Source: Pelomyxa schiedti (lineage: Eukaryota; Protista; Evosea). From it: 49,252 nt of DNA. How positions within the stretch are numbered: position 1 is the first letter of the stretch; the number at the start of each line of letters is the position of its first letter. A model generated the notes under the pieces. The model did no database searches and was not told the origin of the DNA. It saw only the letters and a list, made by a program, of their open reading frames with translations. Position numbers and translations under genes: made by a program. Below are positions 24,601-35,858 of the stretch, piece by piece. The DNA is taken from positions 1-49,252 of the forward strand of contig JAHLWZ010000589.1 of the NCBI GenBank assembly GCA_020536535.1, given 5' to 3'.

Positions 24601-24692
24601 GAAGACCCGCCAGGCATGCGCCTGAGAAGAGGGTCGATAAACCCTGAGACGTCGAAACCCTCAATACTCTGCCGCTGTATGTCCATCGACAT
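21617..24692 (-). CDS. atg6: Beclin-1/Atg6/Vps30 (class III PI3K complex subunit) with long Pro/Ser-rich extension and insertion
   Basis: Spliced motifs FICQR/CKQLLVLDVSL (cf. FVCQRCSQPLKLD), IDNPLCRQC and a coiled coil. BARA domain: NVINDTFHISFSGPYGTINSFKLG...DWPQNNTAWG, RYQLISTGSRS, WTKALK/YLLIDCK. Confidence 0.9.
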
Positions 24693-25025
24693 GTCAGGCA
24701 AAAGAGCAGGGTTGATTTATTGTGTGGCTTTTTGAGTGATCGTATTCGATGAAACAAATGTCACAAAAGTCAGGCACATCGTTCCTTCTTTTCTGGATCT
24801 GACAGATCAATCGGGTCAGTCAACGAACACCAACACAGGAGCTTGCCAGAGTGGCACCCAAATATCCGACGGAAGATTTCTCAAAGAACGAAAGGCATTC
24901 CCGAACCAGACCGTTGGCCACTTTCCTTGAACGTTGCAGAGGGACAACAAAACTCAAACTACGAATTCGTTCAAAAACCAACAACAACAAAAAACAAACA
25001 AACCCGCACGCCGCCTGCTCAAACG

Positions 25026-26396
25026 ATGGACCAATTAGAAGAACTCTACGCCTCCGGATTCATCCAACAAGAAGAATACGAGGAACGCAAAGCCGCACTC
25101 CTAGCATCAGGAGGAGGCGGCGCCTCGACATCGACGTCACGGCCCCGCCGCGGCTCGATACCATCGCTCACCGAGCAGATCTCCACCGTCCAAATTTCGG
25201 AGGAGGCCCCTCAGCCCACAACACCCACGCTCTCGCCCAGGGCGTCGAGCCCCATCATTTCTTCCCGAAATTCTGACAGCTCGTCGTCGGACCGCGAGGA
25301 AAGCCCGCCTCCAGTTGCCAGGAGGGCTTCTCCTGTTATGGATGTGTGTTTGTTTCTCGGAATTAGTATATTTAACTGCTTACCCTGTACCTACAATAAA
25401 CTTCCCAAACAATCACTTTTTTTTTTTGTTGTGGTTGTTACTTATATGTAACTGTTAATAGAAGAGGACTGAGGAACCAAAAAGGACAACACCCCCACCT
25501 CAAAGAAGGAGGAGTGTATCTCCACCAAGGGTTCCTTCTGCTGCAGTAGCAAAGGTTTGGCAATGCTACTCTTTCATCTTATGCTCATCCAAGCACTTTT
25601 TTTTTTTTTTTTTTTTGCAGCCAAGCATTCCCAAAAATATTGGAGAGTTCTCTCGCTTTGCTATGTATGTTTCACTTGTTGCACTTCCACCTCCGCAGTT
25701 CTGGAAGCCAATCGTAGACATCAAAAAGAACGTATGTATCTTCTATCGTGCAACGCTTCTAATGGTAAAAGCACATGAATCCCAGGATAAAGCGCCCTCC
25801 TTATCCTCACATGACCTTGCTTCAGCCTTTTGTGGAGCCTGATAGGTTTGACGATGCCGTTGTAGTTCTGAGAGAAGCTTTGCGCTCAGTTTGACATTTG
25901 CATTTACTTTATGCATAATAACCCAAAATCAGGTTAATCCCTTCCAAATTCGAATAGCCAGATTTGAGATATACAACAATGACAGCTCCTTCACTCTATT
26001 CCTGAATCCAGAGACTACACCTCCAAATTCCCTCCAGCGCTTGTTTGAGACTTGCAGGCCAGTTTTCCCCAATCTGGAGCCAAAGTCATTTGATCCCCAC
26101 ATTGGTGTTGGTTACTTCAAGTCAAAGGCTCAGACTGAGGAACTTCAGGTTCTTTGTTATCTACGCCTTAGTAAGTGCTAATTTTACACAGAGGAAGTAC
26201 CAGTCAGCCTGGAAGACCATTGACTTTACTGTAAAAGAAATTTACATCATGTCTCGAGTCTCTGAGACCGACCCATTTGAGGTACTCATTCCTTGTTGCA
26301 ATTCTTTTATTGTTCACATAAAAACAGGTCAGAAGGGTTATTCCCATTGGTCCAACAGAAAGCGCACCACACTTCAAAAATGTTCCCCTTTATTAA
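25026..26396 (+). CDS. 2H phosphoesterase (2'-5' RNA ligase-like / LENG9-like) with an N-terminal SHOCT-like helix
   Basis: LEELYASGFIQQEEYEERKAALL is SHOCT-like. The 2H fold shows SLVALPPPQFWKPI...PYPHMTLLQPF, TLFLNP, FDPHIGVG and FTVKEIYIMSR. Stop TAA 26394-26396. Confidence 0.75.
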
Positions 26397-26811
26397 CTTA
26401 TTCAATTCCCAATGCACACACCACAAGAACACTCCATTATCCCCAATAAAAACAATTGGATTTGTGCTTTTCTCAGTGTTAACCACACGAGGCTTTCTCT
26501 CACTCGTGTGCCGCCATTATGAGCACCGAATAAAACTCTTAAAATTATTCATACCTGTTTGGGCCTATGTCTTCGAGGACTTGGGATACAAACACTGTGA
26601 CTCTCAGTGTGCATCCCAAATGGGCCCACCAGATTCGTAGGTACAGTAGGCCAAAACCACTACCGGAAATGTCACGGCATTATGGGTAGTACGGTGACCC
26701 AGAACCCCAATTTCGCAACGATCACTCCCGCCGGAGACACACATCAACGACATCAATACAGCCACAAATTAAAGCACCGAAGGGCGCGCACGGCCTAGCA
26801 GACCCATAATC

Positions 26812-28500
26812 ATGTCTGGGGTGGCGATTGCGACATCTAACCCCACGGTGCAGGGCTCTGGGGAGCGCGACGAGGACAAGACGCCCCTCCTTTCCGCCGT
26901 CAACGACGGCACAGGGAGGTACCCCGTAGTGGTTGTGGCCTCGGAGCCCAACAGACTTGTGGGACACCACCACCATCACCACCAGAACAGCGGCTCAGGC
27001 ACGGATTCGCAACCAAAGCACTACAGCCAGCCCATAATCTCGTCCACGGCGGCCACCGCGGGCACATCCGTGGCCGTGGTTCTTCCCGCGGCGACGGCCA
27101 CGCCCCCGCCCAGCTCGCTCTCGCCCAACCCCCAGGGGATCCTGGCCGTCTCGCCCTCGAACCGCGCGGCGATGCTCGCGGCGTCGCCCCCGCGCTCGAG
27201 CACGGGCAGCTACATCGACTTTGGCATGGTGGGCCTGGAGGACGACGACTTCGAGTGGGACGAGAACGGCAAGAGGACCAACAGCAGGACCAGCAGCCGG
27301 ACCCGGCGCCCGCCCAACCCCGCCATGGCCGGGAAGCGGAACCCAGCGGGGGACGTCTCGGCCAGGACCCCAGGGGGCCGGGGGGCCGCCGGCGGGCGCG
27401 GGGGCGGGGGCAAGGCAGAGGGGAACCCGCCGGCCAAGGGGGGGGACTCTGGGGGCGACGGGAAGGGGGCGGCGGGCTGCTGGGCCGCGAGGAAGCCGCC
27501 GCCGCCGACGGCCCTGGGGCTGTCGTGGCACAAGCTGGTCATGTTCATTGCTTTTCTGTGCACTGTTTATGTGGCGTGGACCTACATCAACATATCGTGG
27601 ATCGCAGTGTACGCCGGCGACTACTTTGTGAATAGGTTTTTCTGCATTTTTGGCTGGTCCGAGGTATTCGTTATAGCGCTGTGGGGGATATGGCGTTCAT
27701 ACGTTGCTCTGACACCTCAGGATAGCACGAGGGCGATGGTCATTGTGAGCAGCACCGTTTTGGTTTATGGCCTTATACCAATGGCTGGCATCACTGAGCC
27801 TTGCCTGGGCTACGGCAGGGACGGCTGCGTGTTCCCCGCAGCACACGAGCCTGCGAGCTTCTCTTTCTTCGCCCTTTGGGGGCTGACTCTTCTTTTCGGC
27901 CGCCGCGTTGACTGCGGATACTGCTGCACCTGTGTAGGGTTGAGAGAAACAGCCGGATACTGCTACAGGCACCGCACACCCCGCCAAAGGTTCCTATGGC
28001 TTTTCGTGCGGCACTTGAAGTGGCTCTACCTTGCTTGGATGTTCCTGTTTATGTTCTGCCTCCTGCCAATCCACTGGGTTCTCGACTCCTTCATGTACCG
28101 CTTTGTGAACTTTGTTCTCGACTGGTTCTGGGCCGTAGTGCTGATTCCATACTACTCATCACTCATGCTCATGCCGCTTCTGGGAAACCGTAATTTCTGC
28201 CGCTGGCTGTGCCCATTCGGGGCTCTGTGGGGCCTGTCAAACAAGCTTGGGTTCTACATCATCAAGGCAGATAGTTCCAAGTGCGTGCATTGCCGTCTGT
28301 GTGAGAGCGTGTGTGACATGGGCGTGCCGGTTGAGGAGCTGGTCAACAAGGATGGGAAGATAACATCGCCTGACTGCATGGGCTGTGGCCGGTGTGTGGC
28401 GGTCTGTCCTAAGAAGGTGCTCAAGATAGAGGACGTGCGTGATGTGGCTAGAAGGGCTATTGATTATGTTAAGAGGAAGCAGACAAATGAAGCTGTGTAG
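26812..28500 (+). CDS. Intronless NapH/MauN/YccM-type polytopic membrane protein with two C-terminal 4Fe-4S ferredoxin motifs
   Basis: Single 562-aa ORF with about 5-6 hydrophobic helices. GRRVDCGYCC and GNRNFCRWLCPFG are CxxxCP-type motifs. CVHCRLCESVC and CMGCGRCVAVCP are ferredoxin motifs. Confidence 0.9.
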   Translation: MSGVAIATSNPTVQGSGERDEDKTPLLSAVNDGTGRYPVVVVASEPNRLVGHHHHHHQNSGSGTDSQPKHYSQPIISSTAATAGTSVAVVLPAATATPPPSSLSPNPQGILAVSPSNRAAMLAASPPRSSTGSYIDFGMVGLEDDDFEWDENGKRTNSRTSSRTRRPPNPAMAGKRNPAGDVSARTPGGRGAAGGRGGGGKAEGNPPAKGGDSGGDGKGAAGCWAARKPPPPTALGLSWHKLVMFIAFLCTVYVAWTYINISWIAVYAGDYFVNRFFCIFGWSEVFVIALWGIWRSYVALTPQDSTRAMVIVSSTVLVYGLIPMAGITEPCLGYGRDGCVFPAAHEPASFSFFALWGLTLLFGRRVDCGYCCTCVGLRETAGYCYRHRTPRQRFLWLFVRHLKWLYLAWMFLFMFCLLPIHWVLDSFMYRFVNFVLDWFWAVVLIPYYSSLMLMPLLGNRNFCRWLCPFGALWGLSNKLGFYIIKADSSKCVHCRLCESVCDMGVPVEELVNKDGKITSPDCMGCGRCVAVCPKKVLKIEDVRDVARRAIDYVKRKQTNEAV

Positions 28501-28590
28501 CAAAAGGGAAATAAAATGATAATGTTATACAACAAGGCTGTTTCTTGGTTTTTTTGTTGGGGTTTTTTTTTTGCTGTGATTGATGGGGGT

Positions 28591-30019
28591 TTATTCCTCG
28601 TCTGGGTAGATGGCCATTTCAGCATCAGGCTCACTTGTGAGAATGGAGAGCGACTCTTGTGACTTTTGTAACTCGGCCAGCAATCGTTCGTTGTTTTTCT
28701 GCAATGATTGGATTTGGTGGTTGAAGACGGGGCTATTTTGCATCAAGACTTCAGTGTTTAGTTTGTACACTCTTAGAATAAGATCTACGCCACATTAGAA
28801 CCATAGAGATACTACTAGACTTACCTTGGATCAAAGAGGCATTCTCTTGGAGTTGTTTGTTCATAATTTCCACTTTCTGGGAATAAGACTCGGCTTTATC
28901 TAGGATATCGGGATTGGTGCATGATTGAGTCTGCTCAGCTACAAACCTAAAAGATGAAGGTTATCAATGTTATTGCATAAAAGAACGGACGGACATAGGT
29001 TGGGTGAGGTGAACAGCTGGATGACACATAGTAGCAACAACCCTAGGTTTATCAGCGTGTATAACTTCTTTTTCCGTATTATCTCCTGGTAGAGGTTCCA
29101 TATAACCATTATTTTCTTTTCCGGTTTGCCCTGCTGTGCTTCCTATTAGAGGCTGTTGTGCTGCTCTTCTCTCTTGGGATTCTATAACTGCAGGAAGGGG
29201 TGTAGTATGTAGTGTTCGGGGTGCTGTGGGTAGTTCAGGCGTAGATAGGTGATTTTGGGTTGGGATTGGAGAGGGGTTCGTGGCAGAAAATTTTGTGTTC
29301 AGTTTTAGTGAAATACAAGGTTTCTGACAAAACTTCATAGTGCTGTGGTAAAAGTTACTTTGTTTTGGATGAAACACTCACTCGTACCTGGAGAGAAATC
29401 TAGGAGGACTGTACAGTTGTCAGATAGTGAGTGAGGAAGATGAGACACACCACAGGGGTTTATTAGTAAGAATATTCCTTGGTGCCGGTTGTGGCTCCGG
29501 TGCAGTATCCAGACCTAGAAGAATTTAACCGAAGTTATTGTACAAAAGAGCACACTGACTTTCGGAAGGAGGAGAGATCACAACAGTAGGAGTAGTCATT
29601 TCAGTGGTCGGATACGGAAGCTTCATAGGAGGTGCCACTTCCTTCACAGTTTGGAGCGGCGTTTCCTCCATTGACACAGTAGTACGGTCACTTTGTGGTC
29701 CGACAGGAAATGTCGAGGATCGATGTTGCTCGGCCGTAGAAACAGCACTGTCAACAAAAAGTGGTTTCTTTATGGCCGCATCAGTGTTCCCCTTGCCAAG
29801 CGTCGCTAATGAGCATCATAAATTATGGAATTACGAAAAGAGATCACTACGTGGAGCTTTGAAAGACAAGTTTGACAGTGCAGGGGCTGAACTGCCCCGT
29901 TGCATGACTCCAACCTTGGGTGCATCTGTGCAGTGCAAAGCTGTTTCACTGCCTTCGAATTGGAAAGACAGAGATTGCGCCTGTAGAGTGGGTCCTGGTT
30001 TGAGTTTAAACTGCTCCAT
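28591..30019 (-). CDS. Hypothetical Pro/Ser/Thr-rich protein with a C-terminal coiled coil (multi-exon)
   Basis: ATG 30019 (MEQFKLKPGP...) and GT-AG-bounded open exons. The last exon reads QIQSLQKNNERLLAELQKSQESL...YPDEE*. Confidence 0.55.
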
Positions 30020-30298
30020 TACAGCTCGAGTATTAAGTAAAAAAAAGTGGAGGAGATCCTCACTAACAACAAAAAAAAGTGTCAACGAATGTTATTGCCC
30101 TGACCTGTCAACAGCTTAAAATTCCCCCCGTACCCCTTTTTTCCCTCTCACGTTGTCGCGAACGAAAAAAAAAAAAAGGAATTATGATGAAAGGAGGTAT
30201 AATTTTGCAGTTTACAACAAAAAGTACACGGGTTTTCCACAAACAAAAAACAAAACTGCCTGCCAGTAACAGACCTAGAAACACAACAAGGATTGCCT

Positions 30299-32406
30299 CT
30301 ACACATTCTGACCATCAAACTGCCACAAGGTATTGTCCAGCCAGGGAGTTAACTCAGCAAAATCTAGTGAGAGTGTAAGCGTTTGGTGAAAGCCATAGAA
30401 AGGAAGCTATACCTGGCCCGAACGCGGGTTCGGAAGGAGAAGGCTCTTGTGGAGAAATGGCTTGAAGTACATTTGCCTCTAAACAAACATCTGGCGATGT
30501 GCTCACTCGCTGCTGTAAATTCTATTGTGCGTTAGTAGTGGAAAAAAAGAAAAGTTGGTTCGGGCTCACATATTGTTCATGCCAATCGTCACAGAGAAAC
30601 GAGGGAGAGCACAAGGAAGATGGAGTCGATGGTGGGGCCACATCAGACTCGTAGGATACATGATTGATAGACTGGGAATTGAAGTCCCTGGGGAAATTAT
30701 TACAACAGAGTGGTGAAGAAATTGCAGCTGATTCGGGAGGTGTATTGGTATCATATACATAGGAGGGGTTGATGTTTTGGGGTATGTCACATATGAGGGA
30801 TGTTTGAGGGGCCATAAACTCAGAGGGTCCTGTGAAGCTGGGGGAGGAGAGATTTGGAGTGGAGACACCCAAGAAACCAAAATTTTGTGCAGAGTCGCAA
30901 GCGATTTTGCACAACTGAGGGGATACGTCTCCACTGAGAGACAGCTGAGCTGGAGGGAGCTGCAAGGAGGAGAATGAATTGGGGGAGCCTTGAAGAGCCA
31001 AGGACGACAAGGAGGAAAGAGTTGATGCTAGTGTTGGTGAAGGGCCACAAGGAGGTGATACTGAAGGTGAGGGAGAAGTGGGGGACAAAGCAGGTCCTCC
31101 CTGAGGAAATTGGGATGTAGAGCTTGGCATTAAGTTGGGCCACAAAGATTTTCCACACAACGCTTGAAGAAGGCTTCCAGTTGGCCCAGATGGAACAACG
31201 AGAGGGAGAAGAATTTGATGGAGAGAAGGATAAGAAGATGACACGTTGGGCTGGTGAGGTTGCATAAGGGGAGACAGTGACAAGGGTTCGAATTTGACCG
31301 GAGGAATTTGTGAACCAGAGAGTGCTGGGGAAGAGGCACTGGAAAGAGAAGGAACTCCTGCGAAATTTCCCTCGTCGGAGGACTCCTTCTCCTGAAAACA
31401 ATCTTCAGGAGACTCCTGAAGTTCGGGTTGCTGCTCTACAGAGAGCGGTGCTTGCTTGGGAGACACCCTACCATCTGCCGGGAGTAAATCTGCTTGTGCA
31501 TCCACAGATGATTCCGGGGTCTGGTGGCGTTAGAACAAACAATGGAGATGTATTAAACATCTGACCTCAAAAGCCAAAGAGGCATCCAGCAAGTGTTTGC
31601 GTGGTCTCTTGTGAGACGGTGAAGCAATACCAACTTCCCCTGGGGTTCGTGGTCGTTGTCTCGGAGAAGTATCTCCGGACTCACGACTCGGATCCAAAAA
31701 CCTCCTCTAAAAAGAATTAAAAATATACAAAGAAAAAAAGAGAAGCTGCCTTAAGGGTGGAATTCCATCGGTTTTTGATGGCATTCGCAGGTCGTCCTTT
31801 GAGAATCTTTGAAATCTCCGTCCACTTATTGCCCATAGAATTGTGGGCCTTAATAATAAGGTCATCCTCTTGCTCGGTCCAAGCATCTTTGCGGACTTCG
31901 GGTGCAAGATGATTATAGTACCTGAGGTACTGTAAGACAACACTCGTGGGTGCGAATGATGCTCGCCTTTCACGGCACTGTTTACCGACACGACCGCCTA
32001 TCTTAGACGCAACCACGGTCCAGTCTTTGGGACCAAACTCACGCACAAGGTGCAACAACATTGTGTCTTCCTAAGACAAAATGAGCTGGAAAAATACCGT
32101 CCCAGGATGCATACATCACTAGTCCATGGTCCTTTTTTTGCATTGGGTCGATTGCTGAGAGTTTATTGGTTCGTGCGTAGATGTGTTTGAAGGGGGGAAA
32201 AAACAAAAAAGAGTCAGAAATACCCATCGGCATCGGGACTGGGAGGCTACATGGGAAATAGATGTTAAAAAACGAAGGGAAAAAAAAAGATGTGCGTAGA
32301 TAAAACGCGAGGCGAGGATAGATCTGAGACGCACCAACGAAGCACTGTCGAGTTTTGTTTTATTTCGCTTGGTGACGACTTTATGCTCTACCAGCCCTTT
32401 GCCCAT
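30299..32406 (-). CDS. R2R3 Myb transcription factor with a Ser/Pro-rich C-terminal region
   Basis: KKGPWTSD/EDTMLLHLVREFGPKDWTVVASKIGGRVGKQCRER/YYNHLAPEVRKDAWTEQEDDLIIKAHNSMGNKWTEISKILKGRPANAIKNRWNSTLK. The last exon ends WQFDGQNV*. Confidence 0.9.
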
Positions 32407-32664
32407 TTGCTGGGTTTTCTTTTCTTTTTTGTTTTTTTAATTTCTACGGAAGATTTTCCGCCGAAAGAATTGGTCCAATTGATTTTTCGACTTAAAAGGA
32501 AGAAAAAAAAAGTGCCTCTTCACCGCGGACTGACGTAAATTTATAATTGAAATTCAACTAATGGAATTCATTTTTTCGCACGGGGACCGATAGGGCCACA
32601 GGCCGAAACGCTCACGTGTCTAGAAAAAGTAACTCCCTGCGTGTAGTTCAAAGCCTCATAAACA

Positions 32665-34247
32665 ATGAAAATCTCGGCGGGTGGATTGTCGGTCGCGGCG
32701 GTGTTGTCGTTTCTGGGGGTTTTGTGCGTAGATCTTTGCTGTGGACAGCGCGTTGGGCGGAACTCTTCCGCGCAGATCGTGTGGTCTTATGTGGAAAAAA
32801 TGGCTCCGCAGACCTTCCGGGAGCCGTCGGGTTACTTGCGTTACAGTACGTCACGTCAAAACCTCGTGTTCGCGTTGGCTACAATTCATACATGTGCAAA
32901 GAGTACCTTGTGCCGTCCGGCCCTTATGACCAGCTGTGGGACTGGGACAGCGTCTTCATGGGTGTGGCCATGATGCGCGACTTTGGATCGGCTCCGTATT
33001 TGGCTGGAAGCATGATGAATTTCCTCGACCATACTGATAATGACACCGGGGAGGTGGCTGGCTGCCTCACTCCTGATGGCAGCTCGCCTACTCTTTACCA
33101 CGCAAAGCCAATCATCATTCAAGGTGTCTGTTTTGTTTTTTTCATCATGGGCCTGTTGTCGAAAGGGAATCTGTATATTTTTTACTGATTGATCGCAGGG
33201 GCTTACCTTGTTGCAAGGAAGATGAATGACTTCAGTCAATTTTTACCATTTCAATCGAAAATGGAGGCCCTCTTAAATTATTGGGACCGAACAAGAAAGC
33301 ACGCAGACACTGGGTTGTATGTTTGGTACGACCAGTTGGAAACTGGTGCCGATAATTTGCCTACTTCTGAGTGCCCTTCGTCTTATTCAACTGACTGTTG
33401 GGTATTACAAGTATTTTAATTTCTTTGAAATCATCATTGTCAGGTCGAAGATGCAAGTGGCATGTCTCTGGCATCTGCTGATATCATGATGTTTATATAC
33501 AGAGAGCACGTGGCCTACTCTTTGTTTCAGGAGCACTGGGGGCAAGCAACCACTTCCGACGAAAAGTTGCAGTCTATTAAAATTTCCTTGGATAGATATC
33601 TTTGGGACAGCTCACTTGGTTATTGTGAGTAATTGTTTCTGAACTTCCATTTGTAATTGTTACCTAGATATTGCCCACAACACGACTACAAATAAACCTA
33701 TTACCAACCGTGTGTTCTTGATGGGAATTCCTCTTTTCGCCGAACTTGCCAACCTCACTCAGGCCAGCCTAGTAAGGGCACAATTATTCACTGGAGATAT
33801 GGAAACTTCCTTTGGTTTTAGATCAACAAGCTCCTTGGATAGCCGGTAAATAAATACTAGCAAATAAACTCCAAGTCTGACCCATCCAATCACACAGATA
33901 CAGTAATGAAAACATGATAACCCCGTATTCGAACTGGTGCGCATCCCTGAGGGTGTATAATCCCCTCTAATCTTCCTGTAAGGCGTGGCCCAATATGGGT
34001 GAATGCAAATGCAATGCTGATATATGGGCTGGACACATACGGATACCACAGCAATGCCATGTCCGTTGCTGAGCAAGTTGTGGACCTCCTTGCCAAGGAC
34101 TTGGTCACCACTGGCAGTTGGCATGAGTGTTACGACTCCGAAACTGGTGAAGGTCTTGCAGCTGCTGGGTTCTTGTCTTGGAACACCCTGGGTGCCAACT
34201 TGGTACAGAACGTTGTCTACAGAATAAATCCCTTCTCTCTAGTGTAA
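32665..34247 (+). CDS. Secreted (alpha/alpha)6 glycoside hydrolase, GH63/MGH1-like (trehalase-like clan)
   Basis: Signal peptide MKISAGGLSVAAVLSFLGVLC. Family motifs YDQLWDWDSVF, ETGADN, NW/RGPIWVNAN and WHECYDSETGEG. Confidence 0.85.
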
Positions 34248-34572
34248 CCAAGCAACACTACTCTTGTGCTAAGTTCCCCATGTTATACGAATGGTTGCAA
34301 AGGAAAATTTGCAAAAGTTTATTGCATCACACAATTTTTTTGCTGTAGTGGTTGTGGCTTGTGGTAGCCTCAGTGGAGTATTGCCTGAATTCAAATGGAC
34401 AGCACTGCATGTGATGTGTGAGGTTCTTGTATGTGTCTCAGAGGCAATAAGTCTGCATTCGGTTTAGTGACCTCACTGTAGAATCAAACTGCGGTTCATT
34501 TACTTTTGAGTGATCGACACAGGCTGTTTATGAAATAAAGTGCCAACAAACAACACGAAGGTTCCTCCATTC

Positions 34573-34914
34573 TTCTTCACTAGAACATCCTTTTTTCCAA
34601 ACCTAGTAGAAATGAGTGCAATATTGGAACAAATTTAATGAGGCCGCGAGTGTGCTGAACCTAGTATTGACTTGACTGAAATCAGTACCTTAANNNNNNN
34701 NNNNNNNNNNNNNNNNNNNNNNNNNNNNNNNNNNNNNNNNNNNNNNNNNNNNNNNNNNNNNNNNNNNNNNNNNNNNNNNNNNNNNNNNNNNNNTTCTTCA
34801 CTAGAACATCCTTTTTTCCAAACCTAGTAGAAATGAGTGCAATATTGGAACAAATTTAATGAGGCCGCGAGTGTGCTGAACCTAGTATTGACTTGACTGA
34901 AATCAGTACCTTAA
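34573..34914. repeat. Exact 121-bp direct repeat (34573-34693 = 34794-34914) flanking a 100-N gap; likely an unmerged contig overlap
   Basis: Identical sequence sits immediately either side of the N-run 34694-34793. Confidence 0.85.
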
Positions 34915-35090
34915 GTCACTGTGTCAAAAAAGGGAAATTATTAGCAAATGAAAAATTGCCGACCACGGCAATACACGTACATGTATGGAATCCATGTTTT
35001 TGATGATTCCCATAATGTCGCCCCAGCCGTAGCCGTTGGTGTCACAGAAGCACGCCGGGGCTATCTTATACACGACGACCCCGTGCCTCC
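34827..35090 (-). pseudogene. Relic of a GH13 alpha-amylase/alpha-glucosidase N-terminus
   Basis: VVVYKIAPACFCDTNGYGWGDIMGIIKNMDSIH resembles the GH13 pattern VVYQIYPRSFxDSNGDGxGDLxGIIxKLDYL. After an intron, TDFSQVNTRFST resembles DYxxVDPRFGT, followed by a stop. No catalytic core is visible. Confidence 0.5.
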
Positions 35091-35858
35091 CCAATTTGAC
35101 GTCGGCGATGGCATCCTTCCCCCCTCGTCCTCGTTTTCCCCATTCCTCCTCGTTGTCGTTGTCGTTGTGTTTCCTCGTCCTCACTCCACTCGTGGGCGCC
35201 CATTCGTTGTGCTCGGGCTGGGCTCCTTCATCGCCGCTGTAGGGGCATCTGCTCCCATTATTGCGTGTCCCCAAGCCCAGAGATGCGTCTGTGCCTCCAA
35301 TTTGTACTGCGAGGCTACGGCGTGGGGGCTGCGGCAGCAGCAGGCGAGGTGGTGTGCGCCATCGGTGCAGTAACGCGCAGGAAGGAAGCTGAACTTTGTT
35401 GTTGATTTGATTCAGAGGCTTCAGTGTGTGATGAGAGGACAGGCAAGGGGTCAAGGCTTGGCGTGGAATATCAATGTACGCGGCAGAGGAAAGAACGCAG
35501 GTAGCCAGTTTTTAAGGAAAAAGGGCTTGGGATCAGGTGTTATTCCGCCGCAGGCTGGAAATGGCGACCGTGGAAGTGGACATCTCGAGGTAACTCATCG
35601 CAGGTTGATTGAAGGCTTCCTCAAACAGGAAGAGTGCAGTGAACGTTCAGTGTTCTCCATCTCCGGGGATTGATGAAATACAGATAAGGGAGGTTTTTAG
35701 AGGTGGAGAAGTTTGACAACCGTGGCCTTTGATTCGACGTTCACAGAAAGATACATGTGCTCTGTCTTTTTAATCTCCAACAACACAGGAAACAGAAAAC
35801 AAAAACCACACCAGAACACACAGAGAACAAACAGTTTGACAACAAACAACAACAACAA

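Noticed and set aside
26995-27635. Several overlapping Arg/Gly/Pro-rich ORFs on both strands
   Set aside because: Shadow ORFs caused by very high GC within the 562-aa gene.
34573-34914. LTR or biological direct repeat
   Set aside because: The copies directly abut a 100-N gap and have the same 121-bp length as the other gap duplication, indicating an assembly overlap.
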